Below are positions 6,403-15,009 of a DNA stretch of 41,513 nt, in pieces; the stretch's first letter is position 1; the number at the start of each line of letters is the position of its first letter. The position numbers were made by a program, and so were the translations under genes. The notes beneath the pieces are model-generated. The model saw only the letters and a list, made by a program, of their open reading frames with translations. It was not told the origin of the DNA and searched no databases. Source of the stretch: an uncultured Candidatus Saccharibacteria bacterium (lineage in GTDB: Bacteria > Patescibacteriota > Minisyncoccia > Phycocordibacterales > UBA5272); the NCBI GenBank assembly GCA_964455195.1, contig CAYVUY010000003.1:1-41513 (forward strand), read 5' to 3'.

Positions 6403-8121
6403 ATGGATCCTCAGAAAATTACCTTTATTGGTAAAGTTGATCATCGTGATAAACAACTTACCTTTGGTATAAAAGAAAAAGACCGTACTCGACATACCTA
6501 TATCATAGGTAAAACCGGTATGGGTAAATCAACCATGCTTGAAAATTTAGCAATACAAGATATTGCTAATGGTGAAGGTGTGGCTTTCATAGATCCACAC
6601 GGTACTACTGCTGAGAAGCTGCTTGATTTCATTCCTGAACACCGCGTGCATGATGTGGTGTATTTTGCACCATTTGATACAGATCAACCAGTAGCACTCA
6701 ACATGCTTGAAAAGGTAGAACCTTCTAAACGTTATCTTGTCGCCAACGGACTCATGTCAGCTTTTAAAAAGACATTCATTGATGCTGATGGTAAGGGAAC
6801 GTTTTCAGCTAGAATGGAATATATTTTGAATAATATTATTTTGGCCCTTCTTGAAAATGAAGGACAAACTCTTCTTGGTGTTAATCGTATGCTAACTGAT
6901 AAGGAGTATCGTAAGTTCATTGTAAGTAATGTAACAGACCCAACTGTGCGGGATTTCTGGCTTGTTGAGTATGCGAATTATTCAGAGCGTTTCGCACAGG
7001 AAGCGGCTCCTGCTATTCAAAATAAAATTGGTCAGTTCATAGCAAACCCACTTATTAGAAATATCATCGGACAAGAACATACTAGTTTCGATATTCGTGA
7101 CATTATGGATAATAAGAAAATTCTTATTATCAACCTTTCCAAAGGAAAAGTAGGTGAAGGGAACGCGAATCTTATCGGAGCAATGCTTATTACTAAAATC
7201 TATCTTTCTGCTATGGCACGAGCAGATGCTGGTCCATATGGACTTGAAAGTCTACCACCATTTTATTTTTATGTAGATGAATTCCAAAACTTCGCCAATG
7301 AAACATTCGCTGATATTTTATCAGAAGCACGTAAGTACAAGCTTGCTCTCACTGTTGCGCACCAGTATGTAGACCAAATGACAGATGACGTTAAATCAGC
7401 AGTATTCGGTAACGTAGGTACAATGATTACATTTCGTGTGGGTGCAACAGATGCTGAAATTTTCGAGAAAGAGTTTGCTCCGTATTTCACCATGGATGAT
7501 ATTGTGAATCTCTCAGCGTATCAGATGTATATTCGCCTCATGATTGATGGAGTAGGGTCACATCCATTCTCAGCGCGAGCTCTTCCTCCAGCTAACCCAC
7601 TCCCTAGATCATTTGCAAATAATGTTATTGAATATTCTCGTAAGAAGTACGGTCGCTCTAAGACAGAAGTAGAAAAAGAAATTAGTCTTTGGTATGAACC
7701 AATTAAGAAGCCAGAAGTATTACGCACTCCAGCTGATAGTAAGCAAGATGCTCCAACACCTTCCCCATCTCCAAAAAAGGAAGAGAAAAGGGTAACTGAT
7801 ACATACCCAAAGAAAGAGTATAAGAAAGAGGGGAATTCTAGCGCTCGTAGAGACTCTGCACCAAGACAAGATACATATCGTAAAGATGCTACACCTACTA
7901 AAGTAGAGAAACCGTTATTTGATGAAAAACCAGGCATGTCTCTTAAGGATGCATTAGCTAAAGCGTTACAAGATAATCTAGTTACAAAAGGAGAAAAGAC
8001 AGAGTCTTTAAAAATAGATGAGAAAAAAGTAGAAACAGAACCATCCACCAGTACTAGAATTTCAGTACGAGAAGTTCCAGAAGATAAATTAAGATCTCTT
8101 ATTTATGAAGACGAGAAATAA
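6403..8121 (+). CDS. VirD4/TraD-like (type IV coupling protein family) P-loop ATPase, soluble form with a disordered C-terminal tail
   Basis: Walker A GKTGMGKST at about residue 37, Walker B-like FYFYVDEFQNF, ARKYKLALTVAHQY and FGNVGTMITFRV blocks as in TrwB/TraD-type proteins. No N-terminal TM segment. The last ~130 aa are K/E/P/T/S-rich. Confidence 0.75.
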   Translation: MDPQKITFIGKVDHRDKQLTFGIKEKDRTRHTYIIGKTGMGKSTMLENLAIQDIANGEGVAFIDPHGTTAEKLLDFIPEHRVHDVVYFAPFDTDQPVALNMLEKVEPSKRYLVANGLMSAFKKTFIDADGKGTFSARMEYILNNIILALLENEGQTLLGVNRMLTDKEYRKFIVSNVTDPTVRDFWLVEYANYSERFAQEAAPAIQNKIGQFIANPLIRNIIGQEHTSFDIRDIMDNKKILIINLSKGKVGEGNANLIGAMLITKIYLSAMARADAGPYGLESLPPFYFYVDEFQNFANETFADILSEARKYKLALTVAHQYVDQMTDDVKSAVFGNVGTMITFRVGATDAEIFEKEFAPYFTMDDIVNLSAYQMYIRLMIDGVGSHPFSARALPPANPLPRSFANNVIEYSRKKYGRSKTEVEKEISLWYEPIKKPEVLRTPADSKQDAPTPSPSPKKEEKRVTDTYPKKEYKKEGNSSARRDSAPRQDTYRKDATPTKVEKPLFDEKPGMSLKDALAKALQDNLVTKGEKTESLKIDEKKVETEPSTSTRISVREVPEDKLRSLIYEDEK

Positions 8122-9430
8122 TCTTGTATTTATATTTTTCTTATTCTTATTTTTACACACAACAACAAGCGCTCTTATTATTAATGAAGTCATGTACGAC
8201 CCGGAAGGTTCAGATACTGATCGTGAATGGATAGAAGTTCTTAATAATACTAACGACACACTAGATTTAACTTCTTGGAAATTTTTTGAAGCCAATACTA
8301 ATCATGGACTAACAGCTGCTCAAGGAACATTAACCGTACCAGTAGGGGGATATGCTGTTATTTCAAATAACCCAGCGAGATTCTTGCAGGATAATCCTAC
8401 ATACCAAGGAATTCTCATTAAGGCATCATTCTCTCTTTCTAATGGAGGAGAATATCTAGCAATGAAAAATGGAAGTGGGTCTATTCAGGATTCACTTACC
8501 TATATTCCATCACTTGGTGGGCAAGATGATGGAACTACACTTAGCTTCTTAGATGGCATTTGGTTACGTGGAGAAAAAACTCCAGGGGCAGCAAATGTCG
8601 CCTCGTCACAAAGCTTTACTCAGGCAGTTACTCCACCGAATACTGCATCAACTAATGGAACTGAGATTAGTCAGCCCGCTCCTCCTTTAGTAACACTAGC
8701 TAGTATTAGCGCACCAAGTACTGACCTTAATGTATCTACCGTAAATGAAAAAGTAGTAATGGTTGGTGCTGATGCAGAATTTACGGCGAGGGCCTCAATT
8801 GGAGGGAAGAAGGTACCAGAGAATGCTGAGTTCACTTGGTCATTTGGGGATGGAGGAACACGAAAAGGAAAATCAGTTGGATACCACTATCACTATCCAG
8901 GTGTATATGTAGCTATTGTTGAAGTCAGCGCCGATGGTGCAATTGCAACCGCCAAAACCAAAGTAAAAGTGATTGCTCCAGAATTATCTATAAGTGATGT
9001 TGGTGCTATCGTGGGCAAAAATTATATAGAAATAAGTAACAGTAGCCTCTATGAGGTTGATCTTTCGAACTGGTTTATTGATATTAACGGAAGACCATTC
9101 CAGTTACCTAGAAATACAACTCTTATGGGTAAACAAAAAGTCAGATTTGCAGGTGCTTCACTTGGTTTTGATACTACAATAATCACTCCAACATCAACTA
9201 TTAAACTCTTATATCCAGACAGGGTAGAAATGTTACGTTACGTCGCATCAACTACTCCACTACATAAAAGTAGTGACAATACAGAAGTAATATCTCCTTC
9301 ACCTATAAATAAAGTCGTTTATAAAAAGGCCCCAGTAGAAAGTAAGGTCGTATCAACCACTACCCCAATTAAAAATCAAGAAACAAAAGGTGTTAGCTCT
9401 TGGTTCAAGAAATTTTTAAGTAAGTTGTAA
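8105..9430 (+). CDS. Secreted lamin-tail-domain (LTD) / PKD-domain protein
   Basis: Signal peptide MKTRNNLVFIFFLFLFLHTTTSA. LTD signature LIINEVMYDPEGSDTDREWIEVLN. PKD-like FTWSFGDGGT...YHYPGVYVAIVEV. A second LTD-like segment (YIEISNSS...DLSNWFI). Overlaps the ATPase gene by 17 nt. Confidence 0.8.
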   Translation: MKTRNNLVFIFFLFLFLHTTTSALIINEVMYDPEGSDTDREWIEVLNNTNDTLDLTSWKFFEANTNHGLTAAQGTLTVPVGGYAVISNNPARFLQDNPTYQGILIKASFSLSNGGEYLAMKNGSGSIQDSLTYIPSLGGQDDGTTLSFLDGIWLRGEKTPGAANVASSQSFTQAVTPPNTASTNGTEISQPAPPLVTLASISAPSTDLNVSTVNEKVVMVGADAEFTARASIGGKKVPENAEFTWSFGDGGTRKGKSVGYHYHYPGVYVAIVEVSADGAIATAKTKVKVIAPELSISDVGAIVGKNYIEISNSSLYEVDLSNWFIDINGRPFQLPRNTTLMGKQKVRFAGASLGFDTTIITPTSTIKLLYPDRVEMLRYVASTTPLHKSSDNTEVISPSPINKVVYKKAPVESKVVSTTTPIKNQETKGVSSWFKKFLSKL

Positions 9431-10381
9431 TTAGACTCCACGAGCGCGGCCCTCTTTCAATTCTTCCAAGAATGAAGCGTATGCCATGCGTACTCCGTCA
9501 TGAAAGGATGTTTTGTGTTTCCATCCAAGAGAATGAAGTTTTTCGACATGAAGAAGCTTGCGCGGAGTTCCATCAGGTCTGGTCGTATCAAAAACGACAT
9601 CACCTTCATAGCCAACAACAGCTTGAATAGTCACGGCAAGTTCTTTGATGGTAATATCTTCGCCAGTGCCGATATTTACATGTCCTCGTTCGTTATATGT
9701 TTCCATTAAATGGACACATGCATCCGCCATATCATCAGAATAGAGAAATTCACGCATAGGAGATCCGGTTCCCCAGAGAATCACACTAGGGGATTTATTT
9801 ACTTTTGCTTCATGGAATTTACGAATCATTCCAGGAATCACATGTGAACTTTCACTATCGTAGTTGTCATTTGGACCATAGAGATTAGTAGGCATTACAG
9901 AAATGAAGTTATCACCATATTGATCACGATACGCTTCACATAGTTTTAGCCCAGCGATTTTTGCAATAGCATAGAATTCATTTGTAGGCTCAAGTGGGCT
10001 CGTTAGAAGAACATCTTCTGTCATTGGTTGAGGTGAATGTTTTGGATAAATACAAGATGACCCTAAGAAAAGAAGTTTCTTAACCTTATTTTCATGTGCA
10101 GCATGAATGATATTAGTTTCTATTACAAGGTTTTGATAAATGAATTCTGCAGGTTTCATTTTGTTTCCAACTATTCCGCCAACCTTAGCTGAAGCTAGGA
10201 ATACATACTCAGGTTTATACTTTGCAAAAAATGCATTAACATCAGCTTGATTTAATTGGTCTAGTTCTTTTCTTGATTTAGTAAGAATATTGGTATACCC
10301 TTTTGCTTTCAAGTTTCTTACCAGCGCACTACCCACAAGACCATTGTGACCAGCTACGTAGATAAGTGAATCTTTTTTCAT
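9431..10381 (-). CDS. fcl: GDP-L-fucose synthase (GDP-4-keto-6-deoxymannose 3,5-epimerase/4-reductase)
   Basis: [29 protein letters not shown] blocks typical of Fcl/WcaG. Lies 5 nt downstream of gmd. Confidence 0.9.
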   Translation of the reverse strand: MKKDSLIYVAGHNGLVGSALVRNLKAKGYTNILTKSRKELDQLNQADVNAFFAKYKPEYVFLASAKVGGIVGNKMKPAEFIYQNLVIETNIIHAAHENKVKKLLFLGSSCIYPKHSPQPMTEDVLLTSPLEPTNEFYAIAKIAGLKLCEAYRDQYGDNFISVMPTNLYGPNDNYDSESSHVIPGMIRKFHEAKVNKSPSVILWGTGSPMREFLYSDDMADACVHLMETYNERGHVNIGTGEDITIKELAVTIQAVVGYEGDVVFDTTRPDGTPRKLLHVEKLHSLGWKHKTSFHDGVRMAYASFLEELKEGRARGV

Positions 10382-10386
10382 ATGTG

Positions 10387-11463
10387 TTATACAACAACTA
10401 TATTAAAGTTACCATCGATAAGATGTTGCTCTCGTTTTGCTAATTGAATATCGTAAACCATCATTTCATCAAGTAGTTCTCTCGTTGAAATTTTGGGAGT
10501 CCATCCAAGAACTTTTCTTGCTTTCGAAGCATCTCCAAGGAGCGTTTCCACTTCTGCTGGTCGATAGTAGCGTTCATCAATACGCACTACAATTTTACCA
10601 GTAGCTTCATCGATACCGACTTCATTAAGTCCTTTACCTTGCCATTTTATTTTTGTGCCAACATGATCAAATGCCCATTCTACGAATTGACGAACACTAA
10701 ACTGTTCTCCAGTAGCCACTACATAATCATCAGGGGTATCTTGTTGTAACATAAGCCACATCGCTTCTACATAGTCTTTTGCATGACCCCAATCCCTTTT
10801 AGCATCCAAATTACCAAGATAAAGTGTATCTTCAAGTCCTAAACTAATTCGTGAGACAGCACGGGTAATTTTACGAGTAACGAATGTTTCTCCGCGTATT
10901 GGACTTTCATGGTTGAAGAGTATTCCATTACAGGTAAACATATCATAACTTTCACGATAGTTTTTTGTAATCCAAAATCCGAATACTTTCGCTACACCAT
11001 ATGGGCTGCGAGGGTAGAAAGGAGTTGTTTCTGTTTGCGGAGTTTCCATTACTTTACCGAACATCTCAGAAGAGGAAGCCTGATAGAAACGAGTTTTCTT
11101 TTCTAAACCACAGATACGAATTGCTTCTAGTATTCTTAGTACTCCTGTTGCATCGGTATCTGCTGTATATTCAGGAATTTCAAAAGACACCTTTACGTGC
11201 GACTGAGCGCCTAAGTTATAAAATTCATCTGGTTGAATTTTTTGTATGAGCTGTACAAGACTACCGGTATCTGTAAGATCACCGAAATGCATTTTAAATC
11301 GAGGGTTATGGTGTGGATCCTCATAAATCTCATCCACGCGAGCAGTATTAAAAAGAGATGTTCTACGTTTAATGCCGTGTACTTCGTAACCTTTGCTAAG
11401 TAGAAGTCTTGCCAAATAAGCACCATCTTGTCCTGTAATACCCGTAATAATAGCTTTTTTCAT
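10387..11463 (-). CDS. gmd: GDP-mannose 4,6-dehydratase
   Basis: [55 protein letters not shown]: canonical Gmd motifs. Confidence 0.95.
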   Translation of the reverse strand: MKKAIITGITGQDGAYLARLLLSKGYEVHGIKRRTSLFNTARVDEIYEDPHHNPRFKMHFGDLTDTGSLVQLIQKIQPDEFYNLGAQSHVKVSFEIPEYTADTDATGVLRILEAIRICGLEKKTRFYQASSSEMFGKVMETPQTETTPFYPRSPYGVAKVFGFWITKNYRESYDMFTCNGILFNHESPIRGETFVTRKITRAVSRISLGLEDTLYLGNLDAKRDWGHAKDYVEAMWLMLQQDTPDDYVVATGEQFSVRQFVEWAFDHVGTKIKWQGKGLNEVGIDEATGKIVVRIDERYYRPAEVETLLGDASKARKVLGWTPKISTRELLDEMMVYDIQLAKREQHLIDGNFNIVVV

Positions 11464-11598
11464 GTACTTTTAATTTTAACACATAAGTTTATATTTGCGA
11501 TATTTTACTTTTTGTTTTTTTAGACGGGATTCTCGATGTGTTTTGTAGTAATTAATAAACAGTATTTTCTTATTGATAGTTTATTTATTTCCTGTATC

Positions 11599-12588
11599 AT
11601 GAGTATTTATATGACAACCAAGACTAAGACCAAGACTAAGAAAGTTACAAAAGTAGCCAAAAAAACTACAAGTAGCCAAAAAAGCGACATCAAGAGAAAA
11701 CCAAGACAAATTGTTCTTGTGACAGGGGGTGCAGGATTTATTGGTTCACACTTAGTAGAAGCACTTGTAAAAGATGGTGGTTATAAAGTCTACTCACTTG
11801 ATAACTATTTCACAGGATCAAAGGAAAATCACGTTAAAGGAGTTACATATATAAAAGGTCACACCAAAGATATTCATAAACTTGTAAAAGAGATTCCGCA
11901 TATTATTTTTCATCTCGGTGAGTATTCTCGTGTTGAAAAAAGTTTCGATGATATGGATATCGTGTGGGAGTACAACAAAGTAGGAACATTCGCAGTATTA
12001 CAGTTCTGCCGTACTTATAATGCGAAATTAGTCTATGCTGGATCTAGTACTAAGTTCGGAGACGGAGGAATCAGTCGTGATCAAAGTCCTTATGCGTGGA
12101 CCAAAGCAAGTAATACTGAGCTGGTACGTAACTATAGTCAGTGGTATGGCCTCAAGTATGCAATAACGTATTTTTATAATGTCTATGGCCCACGTGAAAT
12201 TACAAAAGGGGATTACGCTACAATTATAGGAATTTTCAAAGAAAATCACATCGAAGGAAAGCCGTTCAATGTAGTAAGTCCAGGAACACAGATTAGAAAC
12301 TTTACTCACGTGGAAGATATTATTCGTGGTCTTATTCTTGTTGGAGAGAAAGGTGAAGGAGATGACTATGGATTAGGACACGAAGAAGGATATAGTATTT
12401 TGGATTTAGCGAACATGTTCGGAGGAGAGATACACATGCTTCCAGAAAGAAGAGGTAATAGAATGAATACGCTTGTGGATGTAGTGCGTGCGCAGCGCGA
12501 GCTTAACTGGAAAGCAAAAATCAGTCTGAAAGATCACATTAAAGATTTTATTGCTAAAAATAAATCAAAAACTAAGTCGAAGAAGTAA
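11599..12588 (+). CDS. NAD-dependent sugar-nucleotide epimerase/dehydratase (extended SDR, UXS/RmlB-like) with Lys-rich termini
   Basis: VLVTGGAGFIGSHL Rossmann motif, SPYAWTK (YxxxK). Start uncertain (ATG 11599 or 11611; the track start 11536 is unlikely). N-terminal TKTKTKTKK and C-terminal KNKSKTKSKK tails. Confidence 0.85.
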   Translation: MSIYMTTKTKTKTKKVTKVAKKTTSSQKSDIKRKPRQIVLVTGGAGFIGSHLVEALVKDGGYKVYSLDNYFTGSKENHVKGVTYIKGHTKDIHKLVKEIPHIIFHLGEYSRVEKSFDDMDIVWEYNKVGTFAVLQFCRTYNAKLVYAGSSTKFGDGGISRDQSPYAWTKASNTELVRNYSQWYGLKYAITYFYNVYGPREITKGDYATIIGIFKENHIEGKPFNVVSPGTQIRNFTHVEDIIRGLILVGEKGEGDDYGLGHEEGYSILDLANMFGGEIHMLPERRGNRMNTLVDVVRAQRELNWKAKISLKDHIKDFIAKNKSKTKSKK

Positions 12589-13359
12589 TTAGCGACGAAT
12601 AAGTATTCGTACTAAGCGCATACATAAATATAGTACAAAGCTTAGGTGATAGAGAATGGCAAGTTTCTTTCCTTCAGTTATGAAAACTCGTATCGTGTGT
12701 AATTGTTCTTCCGCACTTCTTTTTCTAAAATTAAGACCGCTAACTTCATCATATCCGTCAGTGATAGTACTGTTGTGGTTATGATAGAACATTTTTTCAT
12801 GGAGACCAAGTTGGTAATAAAAAATCCACTCTTCTGCTTGTTTGATTTCCTTAGAAAAACGAATATTTTTAATTGTAGAAGTTTTTATTGTGTGTGTTAC
12901 ATCACCACGGCAACGTTTTAAAATGAGACAGTCTCTCGTGTATGAATACCAAGAGTTATTTTTGGGGAATTGGGTTACAAGAGTTCCGTCAGCATATGCA
13001 CGATTAGTAACTAGCCAATTAACATGAGGATGAGTGGAGAGTATCTTTGATAATGCTGTGAGAGCGTCTTTCGCTATGTAATCATCATCGTCCAAAAACA
13101 CGACCCAATCTGAATCATCAGATATCGAATCCAGTGCGAAATTACGAGTGTAATTAACGCCACGATTTTTATCATTATTAAAATATTTAATTCTCCTATC
13201 GGTTATAGAAGATGCAAAGTTAGTGTATGAAGCATCCTCCGGTGAGTCATTTACAATAATCATTTCCCAGTTGCTATATTCTTGCTGTAGCACTGAATCT
13301 ACAGCCCTCGTTAGTTTATCTACACGTTTATGTGTTGGGGTGATTATGCTGAATTTCAT
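12589..13359 (-). CDS. Glycosyltransferase family 2
   Basis: FSIITPTHKR...SVLQQEYSNWEMIIVNDSP...FLDDDDY: GT-A fold with a DxD motif. Confidence 0.85.
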   Translation of the reverse strand: MKFSIITPTHKRVDKLTRAVDSVLQQEYSNWEMIIVNDSPEDASYTNFASSITDRRIKYFNNDKNRGVNYTRNFALDSISDDSDWVVFLDDDDYIAKDALTALSKILSTHPHVNWLVTNRAYADGTLVTQFPKNNSWYSYTRDCLILKRCRGDVTHTIKTSTIKNIRFSKEIKQAEEWIFYYQLGLHEKMFYHNHNSTITDGYDEVSGLNFRKRSAEEQLHTIRVFITEGKKLAILYHLSFVLYLCMRLVRILIRR

Positions 13360-13452
13360 AGGTTATTTTTATATTCTATCATTTTCTTGTTTTTCTGTAT
13401 CTATTAGCACACTTTATGATTAGCATTTATAATAAGCTATATAATAAAGAAT

Positions 13453-15009
13453 ATGAACATTCTGAATACCAAAGAAAGAGCATTTAAGAATATCTTTTAT
13501 AGTTTACTCTCTTTTGGATGGCCGATAATTATCGCCTTCATATTCACTCCTATCATTGTTAAAAGTTTTGGTATTAAGGAATACGGTATTTATATTTTTA
13601 TTAATACGTTAATTAGTTTAGCTGGGCTACTTGATTTAGGGGTTTCTACCGCAATTAGTAAATTCATTGCGGAGCGTAGGGGAAGTAATGATGTTAATGG
13701 ATTACGTGAATTATTTAAAACAGCCAATACGCTACTAATCGGTATAGGTGCTGTGGGTGCAGTTCTTATAGCTGGCTCTATCTTCTTAGGATTAGCTACT
13801 TTTCCAGGAGATGTAACTGGAGGTTATCAGGCATACATACCTTCATTTATATATGCAGGTATTTTATTTTTTATTAGTAGTATTAATTCAATACATGTGA
13901 TTATTCCAACAGCTTATCAACGTTTTGATATTGGAGCCAAGATTGGTATGGTGTTCATTACTCTACAACAGAGCCTTATATTACTTGTTGCAGTTTTGCA
14001 TGGTTCAATTAATGAATTATTTTTACTGCAAAGCATACTGATGTTTATTTTTTATTTTATATACAAGAAATACACAGCGACCATCATGGAGACTCATGAA
14101 CGTCCGTATTTAAATCTGTATGGATGGAATAAAAAAGAAGCTCTTGGTTGTTATAAATTCGGAATAGTACTTTTCCTTAACAACTTAGCGGGCGTATCAC
14201 TTACCTATCTTGATCGCATGATTATTCCGCTTTTCTTAGGTCCATCTAACCTGACCTACTATTCTCTTCCAGGAGGTATTACAAATAAAATTCCTAATTT
14301 ATCTACAACATTATCAAGCATTATTTTCCCAATGACCGCTCATTTCGAAGGAGGAGGGAATAGAGAGATGACTAAGAATCTATATATTCGTTCAATGCGT
14401 TTAATTACTATTATTTCTACCGCACTCACTATTACTTTCATTGCTTTTGCATATGAGATGCTTAAGTTTTGGATTAGTATCGATCTCGCAGAAAAGGCGA
14501 CAGGGGTATTAATTATACTTTCACTTACTAATCTTATACTCGCAGTAATGTACCCACTTAATACCTTCCTGCTTGGATTAGGGAAATTAAAAGCCCTTAG
14601 TATTACCTCTATCGTAACGGCCATTACTAATGGTGTGCTTCTTATAGTGTTACTTCCACATTTTGGAATCATAGGAGCTGCTTGGGCTTACTTGCTCGCA
14701 CTCATTCCATACTTCTACCTACTCTACATTACCGAGAAGTCATACCTAGAACTTACGTTCCGAGGAATGCATTATATAAAATTACTCTCACAGCTCCTTG
14801 TTACTGCGAGTGTTGTCTATTGTATAGATACGTTTATCTTGAAAGCATTCGTGACTAATTTCCCATTGGTATTAATAGCATCTGGAATCTCTTGTGTTTT
14901 ATTCATTGTCCTTCATTATACTTTCGGGTTCTTTGAAAAAGAAGACACAGACGACATCTATTCTTTTTTGAAAAATAACCTTCTTAAAAAGGTAGGAGTT
15001 ACTCTGTAG
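13453..15009 (+). CDS. wzx: Wzx-like oligosaccharide flippase (MOP/polysaccharide biosynthesis protein family)
   Basis: 518 aa, hydrophobic throughout (about 12-14 TM helices). N-terminal pattern typical of PST-family flippases. Located inside the glycan locus. Confidence 0.75.
   Translation: MNILNTKERAFKNIFYSLLSFGWPIIIAFIFTPIIVKSFGIKEYGIYIFINTLISLAGLLDLGVSTAISKFIAERRGSNDVNGLRELFKTANTLLIGIGAVGAVLIAGSIFLGLATFPGDVTGGYQAYIPSFIYAGILFFISSINSIHVIIPTAYQRFDIGAKIGMVFITLQQSLILLVAVLHGSINELFLLQSILMFIFYFIYKKYTATIMETHERPYLNLYGWNKKEALGCYKFGIVLFLNNLAGVSLTYLDRMIIPLFLGPSNLTYYSLPGGITNKIPNLSTTLSSIIFPMTAHFEGGGNREMTKNLYIRSMRLITIISTALTITFIAFAYEMLKFWISIDLAEKATGVLIILSLTNLILAVMYPLNTFLLGLGKLKALSITSIVTAITNGVLLIVLLPHFGIIGAAWAYLLALIPYFYLLYITEKSYLELTFRGMHYIKLLSQLLVTASVVYCIDTFILKAFVTNFPLVLIASGISCVLFIVLHYTFGFFEKEDTDDIYSFLKNNLLKKVGVTL

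Noticed and set aside
7521-8048. 175-aa minus-strand ORF inside the ATPase gene tail
   Set aside because: It is antisense to the low-complexity K/E/P/T-rich tail of a well-supported gene. Its composition is a mirror of that tail (S/F/L-rich).
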